Shown here: positions 34,100 to 44,352 of the stretch, one piece after another
Numbering within the stretch: position 1 is the stretch's first letter
Layout: each line of letters opens with the position of its first letter
Origin: Thecamonas trahens ATCC 50062
Taxonomy: Eukaryota > Protista > Apusomonadida
Direction of reading: 5' to 3'
DNA: 64,000 nt
Assembly: GCF_000142905.1 (NCBI RefSeq)
Contig: NW_013657647.1
Location: 316,598 to 380,597 of the forward strand
The notes under the pieces: generated by a model
Told to the model about the DNA's origin: nothing
Seen by the model: the letters and a program-made list of their open reading frames with translations, nothing else
Database searches by the model: none
Translations under genes and position numbers: made by a program

Positions 34100-35778
34100 A
34101 TGGCGGACTACGGAGCACCACCTGCGTACTCGGCGACCGCTGAGAGTGGCAAAGGCGACGGTCGTGGAGAGCTGGCGTCTGCCTACCCGGCCATGCCCGA
34201 AACGATGCCGAGCGAGGGAGGACCGAGTCGTGACCAAGGTGGTGGCGGAGGGTATGGGACGGGATACAACCCTGCGATGGCGACGAATCAACAGGGCGGA
34301 CACCAAGTTCAGTTTGCTGGTCAACCGTATGGGGCATCGTACCAGCCTGCACCGGCATACAATCCCGTGTATGGGGAGGAGGAGCTCAAGGCGCTGGATA
34401 TGGTCATGGCCAGCACGCCTACCAACCTCATCTGCAGATGGCTCATGGTCCGCCGGCCAACATGGATCATCGGCAGATCCGTCCTCGTCGTGGGGTTTGT
34501 GGCTACCTTGGCGGCTGGCTTGCTGCCTTTCTCTGCTGTGCTGTCGCGCCGCTGGTCATCTTCTCCGTCTTCTCGGCAACGTACTCGAATGTCAACATGG
34601 GCATGTTCATCTGGATGCCGGCCACGGTCTTTGTTCTTGGCTTTCTCTCGCTCTGCGCCTTTCGCCGTCTCTCGCACGGCGTCCTTGCTCCGCCGCTTGT
34701 CGCGCTCCTCCTCCTTGCCCTCTTCACTCTCCAGTCGGCCATCTTTGTGGGTGTTGACTATCATCAGAAGTGCATCGAGTATGAGAACCTTGGTGGGCGG
34801 GCAACGCGGATGCTGTACGGGCCAGCATGCCCGTGGGGTGCAGTCATCTACTCTGGCCTGGCGGGCGTGGTTGGCTTTGTGGTCATCGGCTTTTGCATCT
34901 TTTGCTGCGGCTGGTCGTCGGGCAAGTCGCGCGAGCGCATGCTCGCCTACCGTGCGCTCTCGGGCGTCCCGGTCGGTCTCAGCTCGTTCCACACTCCATT
35001 CCCCAAGCTCAGTCTGCGGCGCAAGATCATCAACGGCGTCCTCATCTTTGTCCTTGTCGCTGTCTTTGTTTCGGTCTTCTACTCGCTCACCTTTACCACC
35101 CACCCGTGGCTGGTCGTCGATTCCGAGGGCAACACCTTTGGCCCCGACAAGCCGCCCAAGGGCGTGACCACCTGCCCAGCCGGCGACATCTTCTACCACC
35201 AGCCGCACACCGCCGATTTGCCGTGCTGCCGCTGGCACAACAAGGCGACGTGCGTCGATGTCCACAAGCTTTACGCCTCGAACACACCGTCGGACCCCAC
35301 GTGCGTGACCAATACCGGCGACAACGTGTTTATCAATGGTACTCTCGCCCCGTCGTGCAGCGTTTGCGATCTGAAGCCAGATGTCTGGCTCTTCTTTGAC
35401 GATCCGCCCGGCTGCGACGGCGACGACGACTGCACGTACCAGAACTCCAAGTGCAACAAGCTCTCGGGCCTCTACACCTGCTCGATGTTCTCAGGCGCCG
35501 CCGCAGAGTTCCTCGACTACGGCACCGCCTCGCAGCCCATCAACAAGCTCCGCATGTGCTCTTCCTTCTGCGACGAGTGGTGGACCGAGTGCCAACCGTT
35601 CATCAACAGCAACGACTACTCCTCGCCACGCGACTTTTGCACTGCCGTCGGCACCAACATCGAGATTGTGAGCAACTCGACAAAGTGCTTCTCTGCCGCC
35701 TCTACCCTTGGCTCCCCGTCGCGCCTCGCCCTCGCCGCCCTCGCCATCATCGTTGCCCTCTTTTCCATGCTCAGCTAA
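34100..35778 (+). CDS. Multi-pass membrane protein with C-terminal folate-receptor-like Cys-rich domain and GPI-like tail, ~559 aa with one -1 frameshift (probably near 34528)
   Basis: PPAY/Tyr-Gly-rich N-terminus, ~5 hydrophobic segments, MCSSFCDEWWTEC...RDFC...KCF, hydrophobic terminus. Confidence 0.72.
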
Positions 35779-36123
35779 AAATCACCACGCTTCCACACCC
35801 CTTCCCTTTCCCATCGTCAAGCTCCCTCGCACCAGCCTCACCGCCATGCCGATGCAGCCCATCTCCAGAGCCAGCTCCACCGCCTGCGGCCACAGCTCTG
35901 CCCTCAGCGCACCGACCACCCGTTCTCCATTTCGATCGAGTTACACATCAATCTCCCCTTTTGGTTTGATCTTCCTAAAGAGCTAACCAGGCGAGTGGAG
36001 GTTGCGATGCGGTGATGCGTAGAGTCGGCCACTCCGCCCAGGGGATGACAGGGGAGGAGCGAGATACCGTGCGGTTGGCAGCTCTCTCCGCTTTCCTCCC
36101 CCTTGATCCAGTTTTGGGCCGAC

Positions 36124-37872
36124 ATGTCGGGCATGCGACGGCGGCGGGGGTCTGACGCCTCTGACGTTTCGTCGCTTCCAGAGACTGAAGAACAGGCCCG
36201 CTTGCGCCGTGCGCGGACGAGTGTATGTGCTCTCTATTGAGTTTGGGTGGTGTGCTGTATGTATGCCTGTCGGTAGCGGTCGAAACATGGTCTACCTCCC
36301 CCCCCCCCTCGTCCTCCTCCGCAGCTCAAACCCAGCTCGTCCTCCTTGCGGGGGTTCGCACTCCTCCGCCATTGACTCACACGTCATCCATTGTCTGTTG
36401 ATCATGGGTCTGGCCATTGCCATTTTCGGATGGCCGGGGGAATACCTCATTCCATTGGACGAAACGAATACGGATTACACGCTCTGGTCTGTTGGTGCAT
36501 CGGGCTGCTTCGCACGCGGGGGGGCGTGGGACGACGCGGCGAACGATCGAATCGAACCTTGCGGTATGGTTGTCGTGTGGCGGGGTGGATGGAGGGAAAT
36601 AGTCGGCGGTGTCCAAGGGCACGGGCGTGGTCCATACCAAGGTCATGGCATCGCCGCTGTCGTCGGACACGGCTTATGTGTACTCGTATCGTGGCTTCCG
36701 CAACTTGGCGCTCCTCATTCTGGTTGTGTCCAACCTGCGGCTGGTCATCGAGAACGTGACCAAGTACGGCCTGCTTGTGGACGTCTGGTCGATTCTTGTG
36801 GGCATTGCCACGCAGGACTTTTCGTCATGGCCGACGGCGTCGATGGCGATCGGACTCTCCGTCTTTATTGCAGCGGCATGGGTAATCGAGCTCCTTGCGT
36901 CGGGCTCGTGGCTCCCGTCGGGCGTGGCCAGCCTTGCTCATGCCGTCAACGTGGCGGCATCGCTTGCGATTCCGTGCCTGTGGATCTGGTACATTCCGTC
37001 GAACGAGGTTCTTGCGCTCATTCTTGTGCTCTCGGCCATCACGCTCTTCCTCAAGCTCTGGTCGTACGCAACGGTCAATGCGCGGGCGCGGGCACAGTTC
37101 CTGGAGCGTGGGCGCAAGCCGGTCTGTGCCATCAGGCCAGGTTGCGTACCCGGCCAACGTCACGCCCCGCAACATAATCTGGTTTCTGGCGGCGCCGACG
37201 CTCTGCTACCAGATCAACTACCCGCAGACGGCGGGCATCCGACCAGGCTTTCTACTCCGGCGGACGGCCGAGTTTTTCTTTTTCTCGGGCCTCATCTTTA
37301 TGCTCGCGCAGCAGTACATGGTGCCGACGGTGGCCAACACCATGGCGCCGCTGCAGGCGCACAACTACATCAAGGTGGCGGAGCGGCTGCTCAAGATTGC
37401 GGTGCCCAACTTTCTGATCTGGATCCTGGGCTTCTACACCTACTTTCACGTCTACCTGAACATCTGGGCTGAGGTCACGGCCTTTGGCGACCGGGTCTTC
37501 TACAAGGACTGGTGGAACTCGACAACGCTGTCGCGGTTTTGGCGGGCGTGGAACATCCCGGTCCACAACTGGCTGGTGCAGAACATCTACCTCCCGCTCC
37601 GTACCCTTGGCGCGTCCAAGCAGGTCGGCTACGTCGCATGCTTCTTCTTCTCGGCTCTCCTCCACGAGCTCATCATCGATGTCGCCTTTCGCTCGCTCGG
37701 CTGGCTCGCCTTTGCTGGCATGATGCTCCAGATCCCATCGTGCCTCTTCACCGACCAGTTCGAGGGCACAACCCTCGGCAACGTCATCATGTGGCTCTCG
37801 CTCCTCCTCGGCCAGCCGCTCTGCATCCTCGGCTACTACGCCGCCATTGTCTCCAAGACGCAAGCATCGTAA
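36124..37872 (+). CDS. DGAT1: Diacylglycerol O-acyltransferase 1 (MBOAT); exons 36124-36222 and 36603-37872, with a +1 discontinuity at 37121-37140
   Basis: RRRR N-terminus, SPLSSD, NLRLVIEN..KYG, APTLCYQ, FGDRVFYKDWWN, catalytic SALLHE. Confidence 0.93.
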
Positions 37873-37943
37873 CGTAAAACCGACACATTGTTGGCCCAAA
37901 CCACGGCGGGCATCAGCCGTATCGGTTCGGGCCACACGCAGTC

Positions 37944-38576
37944 TCACACCTGCAACGAGTCGCCGTGCCGCGACGACATGAGCGACGGGACCGAGGCCAT
38001 GTTGGGCATGGGAAGCATCCAGTTCAGGATGTTGGACATGTGCTTGGTGATGGCCACCCGATGGGTCTCGGTTAGGAGCTCGGGCGAGAGAGAGACTCGC
38101 AGGAACTCGACCATTACCACGGCGAGCTGGTCCATGCTCTGGATGACCGAGTCGCCCAGCCCGGCATGGGTAGAGCCGATGGCCTCCAGCTCGGGCGCGA
38201 TGAGACCAAACGAGGTCGCACCACGAACAGTGACATCAAAGACAACCGCAAAGGCATAGCCATGGTTCTTGGGCATCTCAGCCTCGATGGCCTCACTATC
38301 GGCAACGTACGCATCAAACGCATCCCCAAAATGAGCAAGTGTGCCAAAGTGCAGCTTGATGATGGACCAGATCGAGTTGAGCGCCACAAGATCCGCATCC
38401 GACAGTTCCATCAAATCATTGCGGTTGTCATTGACCACAGAGACAGAGGTCGAGAGACGGGATAGACTCCGCCGCGAGCTGTTGGCGTCATGTGTGGCCC
38501 TCCGCGACCGGTCGAACACCAGCCGTGCCGCTGTCGGCTCCTTTACCGCCCGCGACGTCGAGCCGGATGCACCCAT
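37944..38576 (-). CDS. Globin-fold protein with N-myristoylation motif, 210 aa
   Basis: MGASGS; LSDADLVALNSIW (A helix), KNHG (E7 His), LEAIGSTH..LG (F8 His), H-helix pattern. Confidence 0.72.
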   Translation of the reverse strand: MGASGSTSRAVKEPTAARLVFDRSRRATHDANSSRRSLSRLSTSVSVVNDNRNDLMELSDADLVALNSIWSIIKLHFGTLAHFGDAFDAYVADSEAIEAEMPKNHGYAFAVVFDVTVRGATSFGLIAPELEAIGSTHAGLGDSVIQSMDQLAVVMVEFLRVSLSPELLTETHRVAITKHMSNILNWMLPMPNMASVPSLMSSRHGDSLQV

Positions 38577-39042
38577 TTCTCGTTTCTGTGTGAGGGAGAG
38601 CGGTGGGTGGGTGGGTGGGGTGGGTGCGGGTTGGCGGTGTTCTCGGGTGGGGTTGGGCAGGGAGCGGTGGACAAAACCCATTTGACAGGGGGACAATTTG
38701 GCAGTCAAACCAATAAAAGGCTCAGCCAAGCGCTCTATATTTGAATGCGTTCATCCTATGCTGAAAATACCCGATCCCGTCTCGCTCTCGGAAGTCAAGC
38801 AGCATGAGGCTTGGTTAGTACTGTGGTGGGGGACCACACGGGAATACCGAGTAACGCATTCTTTTTTATTTTTGCCCAAACACACACCCTCCTCGCAGCA
38901 GCCCTGGAGGCGAACGACACACGCTTCAGCCGCCCCATGGAGTGGGCCTATTCACGCTCTCTCCCTCCCACTCATCTCTTTCCCACTCATCTCTTTCGCA
39001 AGCTTGCATTTTTTGTTCCTGTTACTGAGGATCACGCTATCG

Positions 39043-42000
39043 TCACCGCAGCGATGCGAGGAGATCGTCGGCTTCGGCCATGGCGGCGGCATCCGCAGGA
39101 GGCTTGGGCGGGCCTTGGGATGGGCGGGGCGGGGCAGGACGCAGCGGGGCAGCAGGGCGCGGTGGGGGGCCACCGGGACGCGGCGGGCCGGACGGGCGGG
39201 GAGGCGTCATAGGTCGGGTTGTGAGCGAGATCTTGCGTGGGACGGCCGGCTTGGCAGCAGTGAGTGCCGCCAGCGACCGACCGCTGGATTTGGGCGCCGA
39301 CTTGGACGGCCGCGGAGGCCCCGAGAGGTCTGCGAGCATATCATCGGCCTCAGCCAAGGTAGTAAGGCCAGGCTTGGGCGGACCAGACGATGTGGGCTTG
39401 GGTGGACCGGCGGCGCGGAGCGAGGCCATCAGGTCATCGGCCTCGGCCATGGTGGTCAAGCCTGGTGTGGGCGGACCTGCTGATGTGGGCTTGGGCGGAC
39501 CGGCGGCGCGGAGCGAGGCCATCAGGTCATCGGCCTCGGCCATGGTGGTCAGGCCTGGTGTGGGCGGACCTGCTGATGTGGGCTTGGGCGGACCGGCGCC
39601 GCGGAGCGAGGCCATCAGGTCGTCGGCCTCGGCCATGGTGGTCAGGCCTGGTGTGGGCGGACCTGCTGATGTGGGCTTGGGCGGACCGGCGCCACGGAGC
39701 GAGGCCATCAAGTCGTCGGCCTCGGCCATTGTGGTGAGGCCGGGATTCGGCGGGCCGGAGGACTTGGGCTTGGGCGGACCAGCGCCCCGGAGTGAGGCCA
39801 TCAAGTTGTCGGCCTCAGCCATTGTGGTGAGGCCGGGATTCGGCGGGCCGGAAGACTTGGGCTTGGGCGGGCCAGCACCATGGAGCGATGCGAGCATATT
39901 GTCAGCTTCGGCCATAGTAGTGAGGCCGGGATTCGGCGGGCCGGATGTCTTCCGCGGCGGCGGCGGCCCATGGGAGGCAGCTGCAGGCGGACGGGCGATT
40001 GAGGCCATGAGAGCATCAGTCTCCTCGAGGGCCTGGGCGACGACTGCACCAGGAAGTGGCGGGCCACGGGCTTCGGGACGCGGCGGGCCTACAAGGGTCT
40101 GCGACCGCGGAGGGCGGACGACGGCCGCAGCGGCCGGATCGTCTGCAGAAAACGAGGTTGGGCGGTCGATGCGCGAGCTGCCGCTTGACCCGGATGGGGT
40201 TATCATAGCAGCCTTCAGAAGCTCGTCATCTGATCCTAGAGCCGGCGGCGGACCAAGCGAGCTAAGCGCTGGCGGCGGGCCAAGTGAGCCGAGTGACGAG
40301 GGCGGGCTCGGCGTCCCTGACGCATCGCCTGTATTGAGCGCCATGCCGTTATCCGTCCGATTGACAATCGGCGGCGGCGGCTGGACCTCGGTCTTGGATG
40401 GCTTGTGCGTTGCCTTGGACTTTCTTCTCTTGGCGGTACTCGAAGACGAGGACGATGAAGACGACGAGCCCGAAGACGAGTCGGAGGACGAGTCGGAGCC
40501 CGAGGACGATGAGCTTGATCCCGATCCCGATCCCGATACAGAGGCCGAGCTGGATGACGACGAGCCAGACGAGAGTGTACCTGACGCCGACTTGGGCTGC
40601 GACTTGGACTTGGACTTGGACTTAGACTTGGGAGAGGTAGCGGCAGCGGCGGGCGCGGCTGTGGTGCTTCGGCAGCAGTGGCGGCGGCGACTGCGGCAAG
40701 CGAGGCCTGTCGGGCAGCCTCGACCTGTGCGTGTGCGGCCTCTGCAGCGGCAGCAGCGGTGGGATCGGCCGAGTCGGAGAACGACTTGTGACGAGGGATG
40801 TGGATGACGGACGAGGGGAGGAGATGGTGGTCCGGGTCTGCGCCTGCGGTGCGAACAACGGCCCAGCCATCCTGGTTGTGAAAATGCGAATGACGTGGAT
40901 GGCGGTGCCTGCAGCTAGGGAGAACGGCTTAGGAAAGGCCTTGGAGTCTTCGGAGAGGGCATAGTCAGTGGCGAGCGAGGCGTCAAAGCCAGCAGTGCGC
41001 GCAAAGGAGTGGGTGGCGGCACGCAAGGAGGTGAACGAGTCGTCCATGCTGGAGACGGCCGGGGCGAGGTAGATGCGGAGAGCGTGGAAGGTCGAGTAGA
41101 CCTGGCTGGCGACCTTGACAATGTCCGAACCAAACGAGGCGGCACGGGTGGCTTCAGCTTTGTCTGCGGCGCCGATTTGCGCAGGGTACATGGAGCGGAC
41201 CTCTGCAGCGAGGGCGGCGACACGCTCTTCAGCTTCGGCCGCGGCGGTGATGTTCGACTTTGCACGGGCCTTGACAACCTTGTCATTCCATTTGACCTGG
41301 TCGCGCTGCGCCGAGCTCACGAGGGCAGAAATGCGCTTGAGCACGGCCGTGGCCTTGCCGGTATGGCGCGAGAGCGGGCCGGAGGCGAGTTGGCCGAGCA
41401 CAACCGAGGCGGCTTCGTAGTCCTCGGCAACTTTGGCGAGGGCGGCGACGAGCTCAGCCCAGCCTCGAGAGTGCGACGAGTCCTCCTCGGTGGCGGCAAA
41501 GCCCGAGGAGTCTGCGGCGGCGGCGGCCTTGCGCAGCTTCTTCGAGTAGTCTGAAAAGTACGAGGCGAGTTTGGTGCCAATGTAGTGGAGGGCCTGCGAC
41601 TCGCCGACGCCAGCTGTGAGGATGGCAATGGCGCGATCGATCTCGGTTGTCGGGTTGGCGCCGGCAGCGAGGGCGTCACGGAGCGCAGCCGGTGGAATGA
41701 GCTGTGGGGCGAGGCGAGTGAGGTCGGGGGCCTTGTTGAGAGCGGCGGCGGCCATCTCCAAGGTGGTGAGCAGCTTGCGAAAGAGCTGTAGGAGGAGTGA
41801 CTTGCGCTTCATGTTCCATTTGTCAAACGAGTTGGTAATTTCTGCGCCTTCGACGACAAAGGCGTAGCGAAAGGCCATGACGTGAGCGCGGGTGGCTTCG
41901 GCGGCGGCCTCTGCGGTGGCAAGTGAGGCCTCGAGTTTGGCCTGCTTCTTGGTTGCCTTCTTCTTCTCCTTCTCTGAGCCCGATTCGACCAGCTGGCGAT

Positions 42001-42841
42001 TGGCGAGCGCGGCGGTGGCCGACTTGCGCAACGCGGCGTCGATCTTCTCCAGCGTATCCTCGAGCTTGCGCTTCTCCTTGGCTTGCTTTGCCACACGTTT
42101 GCTCAGCTGGGCGAGCTCGTCTGCCAGTTCGACCGACGAGTGGGCGAGGACAGTGACGACGTACTCTTCCATGGTACCCACTGAGCGAGCCATCTCCTCT
42201 GACGCTGCGGTCAGGTGCGACGAGAGGCCTGACCAAGCAGGTGAGACGGTGACACCGCGAACACCAGCGTTGACCAGAGCCTCTGCCCTCTCAGCTGTTC
42301 CCGCAACAGCCACTGTCGCCGCCTTTTCCATCTTGCGATGCAGCTGCAATTGAACCTGATACACTTTGTCGAACAGGGCAGAGACGTCCGACAGCGCCTT
42401 GACTGTCTTCCGCCCGTCTGTCACCGCCACCTCCAACTCATCCTGTGGTAGTGTTCCCCACCAGCAAGCGACATGACATGGCACATAGACATCATCATAG
42501 GCTGTACGTAAGTCGTAGCGGGAAGGGGTACGGGGGAGGGGGGGGAGGGAGGGGGGTACGGGGGAGGGGGAAGGCGTGGCAGCGTTCGCAAAAATCAGGT
42601 TCTGCGACATGCAGCGGCAACGATAAAATGACGTTAACATAATGGTGGTCAATTAAATGACAATAGGGTAATGGTTGGAAATGGCAAGAGAATGAGGTGG
42701 GCACGTGCGTTGGGTTGGCTGGTTGGTTGTAGGGAGTGGATGAGGGAGGGAGGGGGGAGGAGGAGGGGGAGGAGGGGGAGGAATATTGGGGCGTACCATG
42801 AGTCGGGTGCACCGACGTCTGAAGTCGATGGGCTCTTCCAT
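39043..42841 (-). CDS. Tandem F-BAR-like, SH3-like, Ser-rich and Pro-rich repeat scaffold; exons 42841-42797 and 42442-39043, ~1148 aa with two -1 frameshifts (~40883, ~40668)
   Basis: Two helical units with F-BAR-like YSKKLRK and W-containing helices; SH3 pattern DY...LAAGTAIHV / DGW...LLPSSVI split across frames; lengths close in frame after adding 2 nt. Confidence 0.68.
39335..39945 (-). repeat. Coding tandem repeat, ~7 x 90 bp (GPPxPGLTTMAEADDLMASLRxAGPPKPxS)
   Basis: Seen in DNA and translation. Confidence 0.95.
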
Positions 42842-43046
42842 GGTGGGGGGTGGAGTGGTGGTAGGGAGAGGTATGTGAGCGAGGGGTGGTGGCTGGTGGT
42901 GGAGTGGTGCGGCTGCAGAAGTGTTGGCCGTATTGAGAGCAACATTGGCTGGAGGGCTTCATCGTGGAGAAGCGGCTTTCGGGCCGAGAATGGTACTACA
43001 GATGATTCATTGCCAGTTGGATGTGGTTGAGGCTTGAGGTTGAATA

Positions 43047-44006
43047 CTACGGGCTTGAGGAGGTGGCTGATGAAGAGGCTGAGGGCGAGTCGGGCTCAAA
43101 GTCGGGCTCGTAGGCCGGATCAGAGCCGGTGAGGACGGCCGATTGGAAGGCCGAGTACGAGGCAAGGCGGGCTTCGAGATCCAAGGCTGTAGCGGGAGAA
43201 GCGGTCGCGGCAGCAGCGGTGGGTGATGGGGCGGAACGCTCCGGTGAGGGCGAGGGCGGGGCGCGGTTGATGGCGCATGATGTGTTCTCGGGATCGGCGA
43301 GTGCGGTGGTGTAGGAGAGTGACTGGGCGTGGAGGGCGGCGGTATTTGCGCGCGACATAAGGAGGGCGGCCTCGTTCTTGTAGTGCTCGAGAGCGGCCTT
43401 TGCCTTGCGAATCTTGCGGCGGGCGTCGGCCTTGTCGGCCATGGCGGAGCGTGGCTCCGAGTCTGCCGCCACCGATGCCTTGGCGGCGGCAGCAGCAGCG
43501 GCGGCGCGCTCCTTGCGGACCTGGGCGGCAGAGGCCTCCTGGACGCGGTCGATCTCGGCAAGGGCGGCAGTGGCCTCGAGCTGGGCACGCGTGACAACAA
43601 GGTCGTAGTCTCTGCGGAGCTTGGCGTATGCCGCCTGAGCCGCCTCCAGCTCGGCCTCGAGCGAGCGGATGCGGAGCCTGTAGGGCGTCTCGAGCTCGTC
43701 GGCGAGGCGGATGCGGAGAAGATCAAGCTCATGCGGCGAGAGGACCTGGGCAGCAAGAGCCTCAAACTCTGTGCCCTTGGCCTCGAGCTCGGCACGGAGG
43801 CGCGAGAAGGCGGCCTGCGAGGCCAGCTCTGTCTCAAGGCCGGCGGCCTTGGCCTCGCCCAGCGCAGCGGTCAGCTTGTCGTTGGCCTCGGCGAGAGCCT
43901 CATGGGCAGCTTGCAGGTCAGCAAAGTTCCGTCGATACTCGGCATTCTCCTCGCGCAGTCGGGCGACCACAGAAATGGTCTGCTGTAGTGTGGACGCGTC
44001 GTCCAT
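43047..44006 (-). CDS. CEP83: CEP83/CCDC41-like centriolar distal-appendage protein (short, 319 aa)
   Basis: QVLSPHELDLLRIRLADELETPYRLRIRSLEAE...YAKLR resembles the CEP83 block QVLTPQKLELLR..IQQELETP.RER...YNKLR as recalled. Confidence 0.72.
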   Translation of the reverse strand: MDDASTLQQTISVVARLREENAEYRRNFADLQAAHEALAEANDKLTAALGEAKAAGLETELASQAAFSRLRAELEAKGTEFEALAAQVLSPHELDLLRIRLADELETPYRLRIRSLEAELEAAQAAYAKLRRDYDLVVTRAQLEATAALAEIDRVQEASAAQVRKERAAAAAAAAKASVAADSEPRSAMADKADARRKIRKAKAALEHYKNEAALLMSRANTAALHAQSLSYTTALADPENTSCAINRAPPSPSPERSAPSPTAAAATASPATALDLEARLASYSAFQSAVLTGSDPAYEPDFEPDSPSASSSATSSSP

Positions 44007-44352
44007 GGTCCGGTGGAAGGAGGAGGGTGGGGGGTGGGGGGGGTGGGAGGCGTGGGTGAGGTGGAGTGGCGGTGGCGCGAAAACGGTGGTCACGAGAGAG
44101 GGGACGGGGGAATGTACGATTTGCGTGTGCGCAGAAAAGTTGGCTGGCAAGGAACAGGCTTTTGGGGTGGGGTGGACTGGCGGGCGAAATGTTGCGCAGA
44201 CGCAGAATGGTGGCATCTGTGCCGCATACTCGTCGATCAACGACGGGCTCAGGGGAGGCGTGGAGGGGGCGGGGGTAGCTGGACGAGAACGAGGACGACG
44301 AGGACGACGAGGACGACGGCTGGTGTTGTGGAAGGTTGCTAGAGGGCCCGCC

